Shown piece by piece: positions 12,897 through 25,403 of a stretch of DNA of 64,000 bases; the stretch's first letter is position 1, and every line of letters begins with the position of its first letter. Location of the stretch: assembly GCF_030013205.1 (NCBI RefSeq), contig NZ_CP122648.1; one strand, 5' to 3'. The position numbers were made by a program, and so were the translations under genes. The notes below the pieces were generated by a model. The model saw only the letters and a program-made list of their open reading frames with translations. It did not search any database and was not told where the DNA came from. This stretch comes from Escherichia coli. GTDB lineage: Bacteria > Pseudomonadota > Gammaproteobacteria > Enterobacterales > Enterobacteriaceae.

Positions 12897-14387
12897 ATGA
12901 GTACTACAACCCAGAATATCCCGTGGTATCGCCATCTCAATCGTGCACAATGGCGGGCATTTTCCGCTGCCTGGTTGGGATATCTGCTTGACGGTTTTGA
13001 TTTCGTTTTAATCGCCCTGGTACTCACCGAAGTACAAGGTGAATTCGGGCTGACGACGGTGCAGGCGGCAAGTCTGATCTCCGCAGCCTTTATCTCTCGC
13101 TGGTTCGGCGGCCTGATGCTCGGCGCTATGGGTGACCGCTACGGGCGTCGTCTGGCAATGGTCACCAGCATCGTTCTCTTCTCGGCCGGGACGCTGGCCT
13201 GCGGCTTTGCGCCAGGCTACATCACCATGTTTATCGCTCGTCTGGTCATCGGCATGGGGATGGCGGGTGAATACGGTTCCAGCGCCACCTATGTCATTGA
13301 AAGCTGGCCAAAACATCTGCGTAATAAAGCCAGTGGTTTTCTGATTTCCGGCTTCTCTGTGGGGGCCGTCGTTGCCGCTCAGGTCTATAGCCTGGTGGTT
13401 CCGGTCTGGGGCTGGCGTGCGCTGTTCTTTATCGGCATTTTGCCAATCATCTTTGCTCTCTGGCTGCGTAAAAACATCCCGGAAGCGGAAGACTGGAAAG
13501 AGAAACATGCTGGTAAAGCACCAGTACGCACGATGGTAGATATTCTCTACCGTGGTGAACATCGCATTGCCAATATCGTAATGACACTGGCGGCGGCTAC
13601 TGCGCTGTGGTTTTGCTTCGCCGGTAACCTGCAAAATGCCGCGATCGTCGCTGTTCTTGGGCTGTTATGCGCCGCAATCTTTATCAGCTTTATGGTGCAA
13701 AGTACGGGCAAACGCTGGCCAACGGGCGTAATGCTGATGGTGGTCGTGTTGTTTGCTTTCCTCTACTCATGGCCGATTCAGGCGCTGCTGCCAACGTATC
13801 TGAAAACCGATCTGGCTTATAACCCGCATACTGTCGCCAATGTGCTGTTCTTTAGTGGCTTTGGCGCGGCGGTGGGATGCTGCGTAGGTGGCTTCCTCGG
13901 TGACTGGCTGGGAACCCGCAAAGCGTACGTTTGTAGCCTGCTGGCCTCGCAGCTGCTGATTATTCCGGTATTTGCGATTGGCGGCGCAAACGTCTGGGTG
14001 CTCGGTCTGTTACTGTTCTTCCAGCAAATGCTTGGACAAGGGATCGCCGGGATCTTACCGAAACTGATTGGCGGTTATTTCGATACCGACCAGCGTGCAG
14101 CGGGCCTGGGCTTTACCTACAACGTCGGCGCATTGGGCGGTGCACTGGCCCCAATCATCGGCGCGTTGATCGCTCAACGTCTGGATCTGGGTACTGCGCT
14201 GGCATCGCTCTCGTTCAGTCTGACATTTGTGGTGATCCTGCTGATTGGTCTGGATATGCCTTCCCGCGTTCAGCGTTGGCTGCGCCCGGAAGCATTGCGT
14301 ACTCATGACGCTATCGACGGCAAACCATTTAGCGGTGCCGTGCCATTTGGCCGCGCCAAAAACGATTTAGTCAAAACCAAAAGTTAA
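12897..14387 (+). CDS. nanT: sialic acid:H+ symporter (MFS)
   Basis: 496 aa from [22 protein letters not shown] (internal ATG; track ORF starts at an upstream GTG). Confidence 0.95.
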
Positions 14388-14434
14388 TCCTGTTGCCCGG
14401 TCTCTGTACCGGGCCTTTCGCTAAGGGAAGATGT

Positions 14435-15120
14435 ATGTCGTTACTTGCACAACTGGATCAAAAAATCGCTGCTAACGGTGGCCTGATTGTCTCCTGCCAG
14501 CCGGTTCCGGACAGCCCGCTCGATAAACCCGAAATCGTCGCCGCCATGGCATTAGCGGCAGAACAGGCGGGCGCGGTTGCCATTCGCATTGAAGGTGTGG
14601 CAAATCTGCAAGCCACGCGTGCGGTGGTGAGCGTGCCAATTATCGGGATTGTGAAACGCGATCTGGAGGATTCTCCGGTACGCATCACGGCCTATATTGA
14701 AGATGTTGATGCGCTGGCGCAGGCGGGCGCGGACATTATCGCCATTGACGGCACCGACCGCCCGCGTCCGGTGCCTGTTGAAACGTTGCTGGCACGTATT
14801 CACCATCACGGTTTACTGGCGATGACCGACTGCTCAACGCCGGAAGACGGCCTGGCATGCCAAAAGCTGGGAGCCGAAATTATTGGCACTACGCTTTCTG
14901 GCTATACCACGCCTGAAACGCCAGAAGAGCCGGATCTGGCGCTGGTGAAAACGTTGAGCGACGCCGGATGTCGGGTGATTGCCGAAGGGCGTTACAACAC
15001 GCCTGCTCAGGCGGCAGATGCGATGCGCCACGGCGCGTGGGCGGTGACGGTCGGTTCTGCCATTACGCGTCTTGAACACATTTGTCAGTGGTACAACACA
15101 GCGATGAAAAAGGCGGTGCT

Positions 15121-15124
<4 letters not shown>
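14435..15124 (+). CDS. nanE: N-acetylmannosamine-6-phosphate 2-epimerase
   Basis: 229 aa from [23 protein letters not shown]. Confidence 0.95.
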
Positions 15125-16457
<1,333 letters not shown>

Positions 16458-16516
16458 AACTTAGTTCGTTTTAAAGATTCTGCAGACACTGTCTGCAGAA
16501 TTCGAAACCGCTGAAA

Positions 16517-17629
16517 TTAACGGCGTCTATAGCCTTCCTCTAGCACCGCCTGTGTTCGAACGAGTTCATCCGCGAGTCGTTTTTCATCAGGTAGTTGCAT
16601 CTTATATTCGCTCGCCAGAACGGTGTTAGGCAAACCAGCCAGTGCATAATACGCTTCGCCGGCTCCTTTCTCTGCACAGAGAACCAGACCGATGGGCGGA
16701 TTTTCATCCGGTAGTGTCCAGTGCTCTTTGGCGTAGTTGAGATACATATTCATCTGTCCGGCATCGCTATAGCTGAATTTGCCCACTTTTAGATCGACGA
16801 TTAGCAGGCAGCGTAAACGGCGGTGGAAAAACAGCAGATCGACACGAAACCAGTTGTCATCAATGCGTAACCTTCGCTGTCGACCAACAAAGGCAAAATC
16901 ATCCCCAAGTTCCAGCATGAAATCCATCAGGTGGTTGATCAGCGCCTCCTCAAAATCGGATTCTGAGTATTCATCTTTCAATTCCAGAAATTCGAGCACA
17001 AAGGGATCGCGTATCGCCTGCTGCGGAAGAATATGCGTCTCGGTAGGAGCGTGTTGTTGCAGCATGGCTGATTTGTCATGTGACAGTAGTGTCCGCTCAT
17101 AAAACTGGGTCGCAATTTGTCGTTCGAGCTGACGAGCAGACCAGCCACAGCGGAGTGTCTCTTTCTCATAAAAGCTGCGAGCATCAGCTTTTTTAACAGA
17201 AAGCAAACGGACGTAAGTGGACCAGGGCAGGGGGAAGGATTTGGCGAGTTGCGCTAAATGGCAAGATTCTCCAGACACAGTCTGGAGAATTGTGGGGGTG
17301 AATTGTGCAGACAGTGTCTGCACAATTTCAATTCTTTGAAAACAAATATAAAAATTCTTAAACTGCCATAAATTCCTGGTGGAAAATCCACGCTTATACC
17401 TTAGACTTAAATCCTTTGATAGTCGCTTGATTAGCTGCGCACCATACGCAGCCCTGGCCTCGCCACCTTGTTCAAATTCGACAATTCGTCGGCCAATTTC
17501 CCAGTACGTCGCGGTCATTAACGCGTTAACGCTACGTACCGTTTCCGTTCGGGCGCTATCGACCAGATGAATAATGCCGTCGTGGATTTGCTGGTAGCCT
17601 GCTGTGGTTCCTTCTGAGAGCGATTCCAT
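16517..17629 (-). CDS. yhcG: DUF1016 / YhcG-family putative PD-(D/E)XK nuclease
   Basis: 370 aa; C-terminal RVDLLFFH...LLIVDLKVGK resembles a PD-(D/E)XK core; contains an internal 12-residue tandem repeat encoded by palindromic DNA (see findings). Confidence 0.8.
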   Translation of the reverse strand: MESLSEGTTAGYQQIHDGIIHLVDSARTETVRSVNALMTATYWEIGRRIVEFEQGGEARAAYGAQLIKRLSKDLSLRYKRGFSTRNLWQFKNFYICFQRIEIVQTLSAQFTPTILQTVSGESCHLAQLAKSFPLPWSTYVRLLSVKKADARSFYEKETLRCGWSARQLERQIATQFYERTLLSHDKSAMLQQHAPTETHILPQQAIRDPFVLEFLELKDEYSESDFEEALINHLMDFMLELGDDFAFVGRQRRLRIDDNWFRVDLLFFHRRLRCLLIVDLKVGKFSYSDAGQMNMYLNYAKEHWTLPDENPPIGLVLCAEKGAGEAYYALAGLPNTVLASEYKMQLPDEKRLADELVRTQAVLEEGYRRR

Positions 17630-17812
17630 TATCTGTCCCTTAATATGGCGCAGTGTTGAATAATGGAATCAGCTATACGCCGGGCATCTGCCGGTAACAA
17701 TCCAGATGTGCGTATTACATTGGTTTTCTTCAGATTATGCGAGGCGCTTTCCAGAACGAAAGGAGAATTTCAGCGCCGACTCTTTTCTGAGGAGGCGGCG
17801 CTGGGACAGAGC

Positions 17813-19243
<1,431 letters not shown>

Positions 19244-22200
19244 TTACTGCGCCTGCACGCGCAACTCTGCTGCGCTACGACTACGGTGACCCAGCAGTGC
19301 TTTTACATCACTGGACTTCGGTTTAACCAGCGCAAATTTAGTGGCGAAGGTTGACCAGTTCGCCAGAATCTCTTCACCGCGCTGAGAACCGGTATGCTGA
19401 ACATGCTCGGTGATAAGACCGCGCAGATGCTCTTCATGGATCGCCAGATCGTCAACGCTTAAGACCTCGACCAGTTCCGGGTTAACGCGTTTGCGGAAAT
19501 CGCCGCTTTCATCGAGAACGTAAGCGAAGCCGCCGGTCATGCCCGCGCCGAAGTTAACGCCGGTTTTACCCAGAATACAGACAATACCGCCCGTCATATA
19601 TTCACAGCCGTTGTCGCCAATGCCTTCTACCACGGTGATAGCACCGGAGTTACGCACGCCGAAACGTTCACCCGCGCGGCCTGCGGCATACAGACGACCT
19701 CCGGTCGCGCCATACAGGCAGGTGTTGCCGATAATGCTTGCTTCATGGCTGCGGAAGGCTGAGCCAACCGGAGGACGAATGGCGATTAAGCCGCCCGCCA
19801 TGCCTTTACCGACATAGTCGTTGGCATCACCGGTCAGGTACAGTTCCACGCCGCCCGCGTTCCACACACCGAAGCTCTGGCCTGCGGTGCCGTTGAAGTA
19901 CGCTTTGATCGGATCGGCTGCCAGACCCTGATCGCCGTGCGTCTGGGCGATATAGCCTGAAAGCGACGCGCCGACAGAACGGTCGGTGTTGCGAATATCG
20001 AACCAGAAGGTTTTGCTCTGACGCTCATCGACAAACGGTTTTGCCTGTTGCAGCAACTGTGCGTTCAGCAGGCCGTTATCAAACGGCGGGTTGTTTTCGG
20101 TACAGTAGAGCGCCTTACCTGGATGCGGCTCAGCGGTCTCCAGCAGTTTCGACAGCGCCAGTTTCTGCTGTTTGGCGGTGAAACCGTCCAGCTCTTTCAG
20201 CAGGTCGGTGCGACCAATCAGATCCACCAGACGCGTTACCCCCAGCTGTGCCATCAGCTCGCGGGTTTCACGGGCGATAAACTCAAAGTAATTAGTCACC
20301 TTGAACGGCAGGCCGTGATAGTGATTCTTACGCAGTTTGTCATCCTGAGTTGCTACACCCGTCGCGCAGTTGTTCAGGTGGCAAATACGCAGATATTTAC
20401 AGCCGAGCGCCACCATCGGACCGGTGCCGAAGCCGAAGCTTTCTGCGCCGAGAATCGCCGCTTTGATGATATCGACACCCGTTTTCAGGCCGCCATCGAC
20501 CTGCAAACGAATTTTATGACGTAAACCGTTGGCAACCAGCGCCTGTTGGGTTTCCACCAGGCCGAGTTCCCACGGACAGCCTGCGTATTTCACCGATGAA
20601 AGCGGACTTGCGCCGGTGCCGCCATCATAGCCTGCGATGGTGATTAAATCGGCATAAGCTTTCGCCACGCCAGTCGCGATGGTGCCTACGCCCGGTTCGG
20701 AAACCAGCTTCACGGAGATCATCGCTTTCGGGTTAACCTGCTTGAGGTCGAAAATAAGCTGCGCTAAGTCCTCGATAGAGTAGATATCATGGTGCGGCGG
20801 CGGGGAGATCAGCGTCACTCCGGGCACCGAATAGCGCAGTTTGGCGATGTAAGGCGTGACTTTATCGCCCGGTAACTGACCGCCTTCGCCCGGCTTCGCG
20901 CCCTGGGCGACTTTAATCTGAATGACGTCGGCATTGACCAGATACGCCGGAGTAACCCCAAAGCGACCGGAAGCCACCTGCTTGATGCGCGACACTTTGT
21001 TGGTGCCGTAGCGTGCCGGATCTTCGCCGCCTTCACCGGAGTTAGAGTTGCCGCCGATGCTGTTCATCGCTTCAGCCAGCGCCTCGTGGGCTTCCGGGCT
21101 TAACGCGCCGATAGACATCGCAGCGGTATCGAAGCGTTTAAACAGTTCGCTTGCCGGTTCAACATCAGCAATGTTGACCGCGTTTTCACCCGGCGTAATT
21201 GCCAGCAGATCGCGCAGCGTGGTTGCCGGACGCTCATTAACCAGCTTCGCGTATTCCTGATAGTCGCTGTACTCGCCGCTTTGTACCGCCTGTTGCAGCG
21301 TGCGCACCACGTCCGGGTTGTAGGCGTGGTATTCGCCGCCGTGCACATATTTCAGCAGGCCGCCCTGGCTGATGGGCTTACGCGCCAGCCAGGCACGTTT
21401 CGACAGATTCAGCAGATCCTGCTGGAAGTCTTCAAAGCTTGCCCCGCCAATGCGGCTGACCGCGCCCTGGAAGCACAGGCCCACTACATCATCGTGTAGA
21501 CCGACCGCTTCAAACAGTTTCGAGCAGCGGTAAGAGGCGATGGTGGAGATGCCCATTTTGGACATGATTTTGTACAAGCCTTTGTTGATGCCGTTACGGT
21601 AGTTGAGCATCACGGTACGATAATCTTTGGCAATCGCGTGGGTGTCTACCAGGCGGCCCAGCGTTTCATAGGCAAGGTACGGATAAATAGCCGTCGCACC
21701 GAAGCCCAGCAACACGGCGAAATGGTGCGGATCGCGGGCGCTGGCGGTTTCGACGATGATGTTGGCATCGCAACGCAAGCTTTGATCGACCAGACGGGTC
21801 TGGATCGCGCCAACCGCCATCGGGGCTGGAACCGGCAGGCGATCTTTAGCGATATTCCTGTCGGAGAGCACCAGCAGCACAGTGCCGCTACGTACCATTT
21901 TTTCAGCTTTGTCGCACAGCTCTTTGACCGTCGCTTCGAGCGTGGTTTTGGTGACGTCAAAGGTGATATCCAGTGTATCTGCGCGGTAGTGCTCCTCTTT
22001 CATCGTCGTGAGCTGTTTGAAATCGGAGTAGAGCAGAATCGGCGATTTAAAACTTAAACGGTGCGCCTGGCCCTCTGCTTCACAGAAGACGTTCATTTCA
22101 CGCCCTATGCTGGTGGCGAGCGACATAACATGCGCTTCACGCAGTGGGTCGATTGGCGGGTTGGTGACCTGGGCAAATTGCTGGCGGAAGTAATCGTAAA

Positions 22201-23797
22201 TAATGCGCGGCTGACTGGAGAGCACGGCGAATGGGGTGTCGTCGCCCATCGAACCGACCGCTTCCTGACCGTTTTCGCCCAGTACGCGAATTACGGAGTC
22301 CAGCTCTTCCGCGCTGTAGTTAAACTGTTTCTGGTAGCTGGCAAGTGTGTCGTCGTCCAGTTCGCGGCTACCCACTTCTTCATCGGGCAGATCTTCAAAC
22401 GGTACCAGTCGGCGGACGTTTTTCTCCATCCACTCTTTATATGGATGGCGGCTTTTCAGATCGTCATCAGTTTCTGCCGAGTGCAGAATGCGCCCACTGC
22501 GAGTGTCGATCACCATCAGTTCGCCTGGCCCGACGCGGCCTTTTTCGACCACTTCGTCAGGCTGATAATCCCAGATACCGACTTCAGAGGCGCAGGTGAT
22601 GAGCTTATCTTTGGTGATGACGTAGCGCGCCGGACGCAGACCGTTACGGTCGAGGTTACAGGCGGCAAAACGACCATCGGACATCACGATGCCCGCCGGG
22701 CCATCCCACGGCTCCATATGCATGGAGTTAAAGTCAAAGAAGGCACGCAGTTCCGGGTCCATATCCGGGTTGTTCTGCCAGGCGGGTGGTACTAACAGAC
22801 GCATGGCGCGGATGATATCCATCCCGCCTGCCAGCAGCAGTTCCAGCATGTTATCCATGGAACTGGAGTCAGAGCCGGTTTCGTTGACGAACGGCGCGGC
22901 GTCGTGCAGGTCAGGGATCAGCGGCGTCTGGAATTTATAGGTACGCGCACGCGCCCATTGGCGGTTGCCGGTGATGGTGTTGATTTCACCGTTATGCGCC
23001 AGGTAGCGGAACGGCTGCGCCAGCGGCCAGCGCGGTACGGTGTTAGTGGAGAAGCGCTGGTGGAACAGGCAAATGGCCGATTCCAGACGCAGGTCCGCAA
23101 GATCCAGGTAGAAGCGCGGTAGATCCGCCGGCATACACAGACCTTTATAGATGTTCACCAGATTCGACAGGCTACAGACGTAGAAGTCTTTGTCGGCTTC
23201 GAGACGCTTTTCAATGCGGCGGCGGGCGATAAACAGACGGCGCTCCATATCGCGCGGACGCCAGCCTGCCGGGGCGTTCACAAAAATTTGCTCAATGCGT
23301 GGCAGAGAGGAGAGGGCGATTTCACCCAGCACGCCTTCGTTGGTGGGGACATCACGCCAGCCCACAATCGATAAGGTTTCGCGTTGCAGCTCTTCTTCAA
23401 CGATGCGGCGTGCGGCAGCGGCGAGTTCAGGATCTTTATTCAGGAAGAGCATCCCGACGGCGTAGTTTTTCGCTAAACGCCAGCCGCGCTCCTGCGCAAC
23501 GATGCGAAAAAAGCGATCCGGTTTTTGTAACAGCAAGCCGCAACCGTCACCGGTTTTACCATCGGCGAGAATCGCGCCACGGTGCTGCATGCGGGCCAGT
23601 GCGTGTATTGCAGTACGCACTACCTTGTGGCTAGGTTCGCCTTCTATGTGGGCGATCAGGCCGAAACCACAGTTATCCCTCTCAAGGGATTTATCGTACA
23701 ACATATCGTGAACCTCCCCCAGGCTCTGCGGGAACCCCACTTCCGAACCGCTGCGCACGGGCACAGAAAGAGCGTGGCGACGGGGGTTGCGTGTCAT
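19244..23797 (-). CDS. gltB: glutamate synthase large subunit
   Basis: about 1517 aa from [20 protein letters not shown] (track ORF extends 5 codons further upstream); amidotransferase Cys in ...[11 protein letters not shown]... Confidence 0.95.
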   Translation of the reverse strand: MTRNPRRHALSVPVRSGSEVGFPQSLGEVHDMLYDKSLERDNCGFGLIAHIEGEPSHKVVRTAIHALARMQHRGAILADGKTGDGCGLLLQKPDRFFRIVAQERGWRLAKNYAVGMLFLNKDPELAAAARRIVEEELQRETLSIVGWRDVPTNEGVLGEIALSSLPRIEQIFVNAPAGWRPRDMERRLFIARRRIEKRLEADKDFYVCSLSNLVNIYKGLCMPADLPRFYLDLADLRLESAICLFHQRFSTNTVPRWPLAQPFRYLAHNGEINTITGNRQWARARTYKFQTPLIPDLHDAAPFVNETGSDSSSMDNMLELLLAGGMDIIRAMRLLVPPAWQNNPDMDPELRAFFDFNSMHMEPWDGPAGIVMSDGRFAACNLDRNGLRPARYVITKDKLITCASEVGIWDYQPDEVVEKGRVGPGELMVIDTRSGRILHSAETDDDLKSRHPYKEWMEKNVRRLVPFEDLPDEEVGSRELDDDTLASYQKQFNYSAEELDSVIRVLGENGQEAVGSMGDDTPFAVLSSQPRIIYDYFRQQFAQVTNPPIDPLREAHVMSLATSIGREMNVFCEAEGQAHRLSFKSPILLYSDFKQLTTMKEEHYRADTLDITFDVTKTTLEATVKELCDKAEKMVRSGTVLLVLSDRNIAKDRLPVPAPMAVGAIQTRLVDQSLRCDANIIVETASARDPHHFAVLLGFGATAIYPYLAYETLGRLVDTHAIAKDYRTVMLNYRNGINKGLYKIMSKMGISTIASYRCSKLFEAVGLHDDVVGLCFQGAVSRIGGASFEDFQQDLLNLSKRAWLARKPISQGGLLKYVHGGEYHAYNPDVVRTLQQAVQSGEYSDYQEYAKLVNERPATTLRDLLAITPGENAVNIADVEPASELFKRFDTAAMSIGALSPEAHEALAEAMNSIGGNSNSGEGGEDPARYGTNKVSRIKQVASGRFGVTPAYLVNADVIQIKVAQGAKPGEGGQLPGDKVTPYIAKLRYSVPGVTLISPPPHHDIYSIEDLAQLIFDLKQVNPKAMISVKLVSEPGVGTIATGVAKAYADLITIAGYDGGTGASPLSSVKYAGCPWELGLVETQQALVANGLRHKIRLQVDGGLKTGVDIIKAAILGAESFGFGTGPMVALGCKYLRICHLNNCATGVATQDDKLRKNHYHGLPFKVTNYFEFIARETRELMAQLGVTRLVDLIGRTDLLKELDGFTAKQQKLALSKLLETAEPHPGKALYCTENNPPFDNGLLNAQLLQQAKPFVDERQSKTFWFDIRNTDRSVGASLSGYIAQTHGDQGLAADPIKAYFNGTAGQSFGVWNAGGVELYLTGDANDYVGKGMAGGLIAIRPPVGSAFRSHEASIIGNTCLYGATGGRLYAAGRAGERFGVRNSGAITVVEGIGDNGCEYMTGGIVCILGKTGVNFGAGMTGGFAYVLDESGDFRKRVNPELVEVLSVDDLAIHEEHLRGLITEHVQHTGSQRGEEILANWSTFATKFALVKPKSSDVKALLGHRSRSAAELRVQAQ

Positions 23798-24378
23798 ACG
23801 CGCGCCTCGCATTCGCCCCCTTGTTGTCCTTTTCGCATCGGTTAATACGGTGAAGAGGGGATCTCAATTACTGCATAAATATGATGAGCAGGCTGCTCAT
23901 CCAGAAAGCTTCCAGCGGATTTCCAACTTATCGGGAAAGCTGATACAGGTCAAATGGCAAGCTTATTGGTACAGAAATGTGCTTTAGCGCAAAATTCTTT
24001 ATTAATTTGCTGAAATTAAAGTGGATTTTCTATTTAAGGCTAAAAGGGGCGTCGTTAGAGAAACAGTCAATTCCTGACTGTCATAAAGGCGTGTTAACCC
24101 TTATCCTGCCTTGAACTGACGAGAAAGCCAGCATTTTATACTGCTTTAATTGGTAATGGCATTTTATGCTACTGTTTTTGCCTAAAATCCATAAGGAGAT
24201 AAAAAAATCTGACACAAGATAAGCAAAAATGATTTATGTGATCATGCATGAAATTTCGGTAATTTTGATTGATTATGCAGTTGATAAAAGCAGGCCGGGA
24301 CGATTGATCCAGGTCATCGCCGAATTGAGCTAAAAATGGCAGGCTTTGGCCTCTTTTCAAGGCGCGGTCTATCAGATT

Positions 24379-25308
24379 ATGCAGTTACAGAAATTAGTCA
24401 ATATGTTTGGTGGTGATCTCACCCGTCGTTATGGGCAAAAGGTGCATAAGCTGACGCTGCACGGCGGTTTTAGCTGCCCTAACCGTGACGGTACCATCGG
24501 GCGTGGTGGCTGCACATTCTGTAATGTTGCCTCGTTTGCCGATGAAGCGCAGCAACATCGTTCCATTGCCGAACAACTGGCGCACCAGGCGAATTTAGTT
24601 AACCGCGCTAAACGCTATCTGGCCTACTTTCAGGCGTATACCAGCACCTTTGCGGAAGTTCAGGTGCTGCGTTCTATGTATCAGCAGGCGGTGAGCCAGG
24701 CCAATATTGTCGGTTTGTGTGTTGGTACCCGCCCGGACTGCGTGCCGGATGCAGTGCTGGATCTGCTTTGTGAATATAAAGACCAGGGCTACGAAGTGTG
24801 GCTGGAGCTGGGGCTACAAACCGCCCACGACAAAACGCTACATCGCATCAACCGCGGCCATGATTTTGCCTGTTATCAGCGTACAACCCAGCTGGCACGT
24901 CAGCGCGGGCTGAAGGTGTGTTCCCACTTAATTGTCGGCCTGCCTGGCGAAGGGCAGGCTGAATGTTTGCAAACGCTGGAGCGAGTGGTTGAAACCGGCG
25001 TGGACGGCATAAAGCTGCATCCGCTGCATATTGTGAAAGGCAGCATTATGGCGAAAGCCTGGGAAGCGGGGCGTTTGAACGGTATTGAACTGGAGGATTA
25101 CACGCTCACTGCCGGAGAAATGATTCGCCATACGCCACCGGAAGTGATCTACCACCGCATTTCCGCCAGCGCCCGTCGCCCGACGCTGCTTGCTCCTCTG
25201 TGGTGCGAAAATCGATGGACGGGAATGGTCGAGCTGGATCGTTATCTGAATGAACATGGCGTACAGGGATCGGCGCTGGGACGTCCGTGGCTACCTCCAA
25301 CGGAGTAG
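24379..25308 (+). CDS. yhcC: radical SAM protein YhcC (TIGR01212 family)
   Basis: 309 aa from MQLQKLVNMFGGDL; divergent from gltB. Confidence 0.9.
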   Translation: MQLQKLVNMFGGDLTRRYGQKVHKLTLHGGFSCPNRDGTIGRGGCTFCNVASFADEAQQHRSIAEQLAHQANLVNRAKRYLAYFQAYTSTFAEVQVLRSMYQQAVSQANIVGLCVGTRPDCVPDAVLDLLCEYKDQGYEVWLELGLQTAHDKTLHRINRGHDFACYQRTTQLARQRGLKVCSHLIVGLPGEGQAECLQTLERVVETGVDGIKLHPLHIVKGSIMAKAWEAGRLNGIELEDYTLTAGEMIRHTPPEVIYHRISASARRPTLLAPLWCENRWTGMVELDRYLNEHGVQGSALGRPWLPPTE

Positions 25309-25403
25309 TCCATTGAGGGGGATTCCGCATTTCTCACACAATTTATAACGTAACTGTCAGAATTGGGTATTATTGGGGCAGGTTGTCGTGAAGGAATTCC
25401 CTA

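Noticed and set aside
13008-13634. 208-aa ORF on the minus strand
   Set aside because: Antisense to nanT; no independent support.
22061-22795. 244-aa ORF on the plus strand, with several others between 19500 and 23700
   Set aside because: All lie inside and antisense to gltB, which is recognisable along its whole length.
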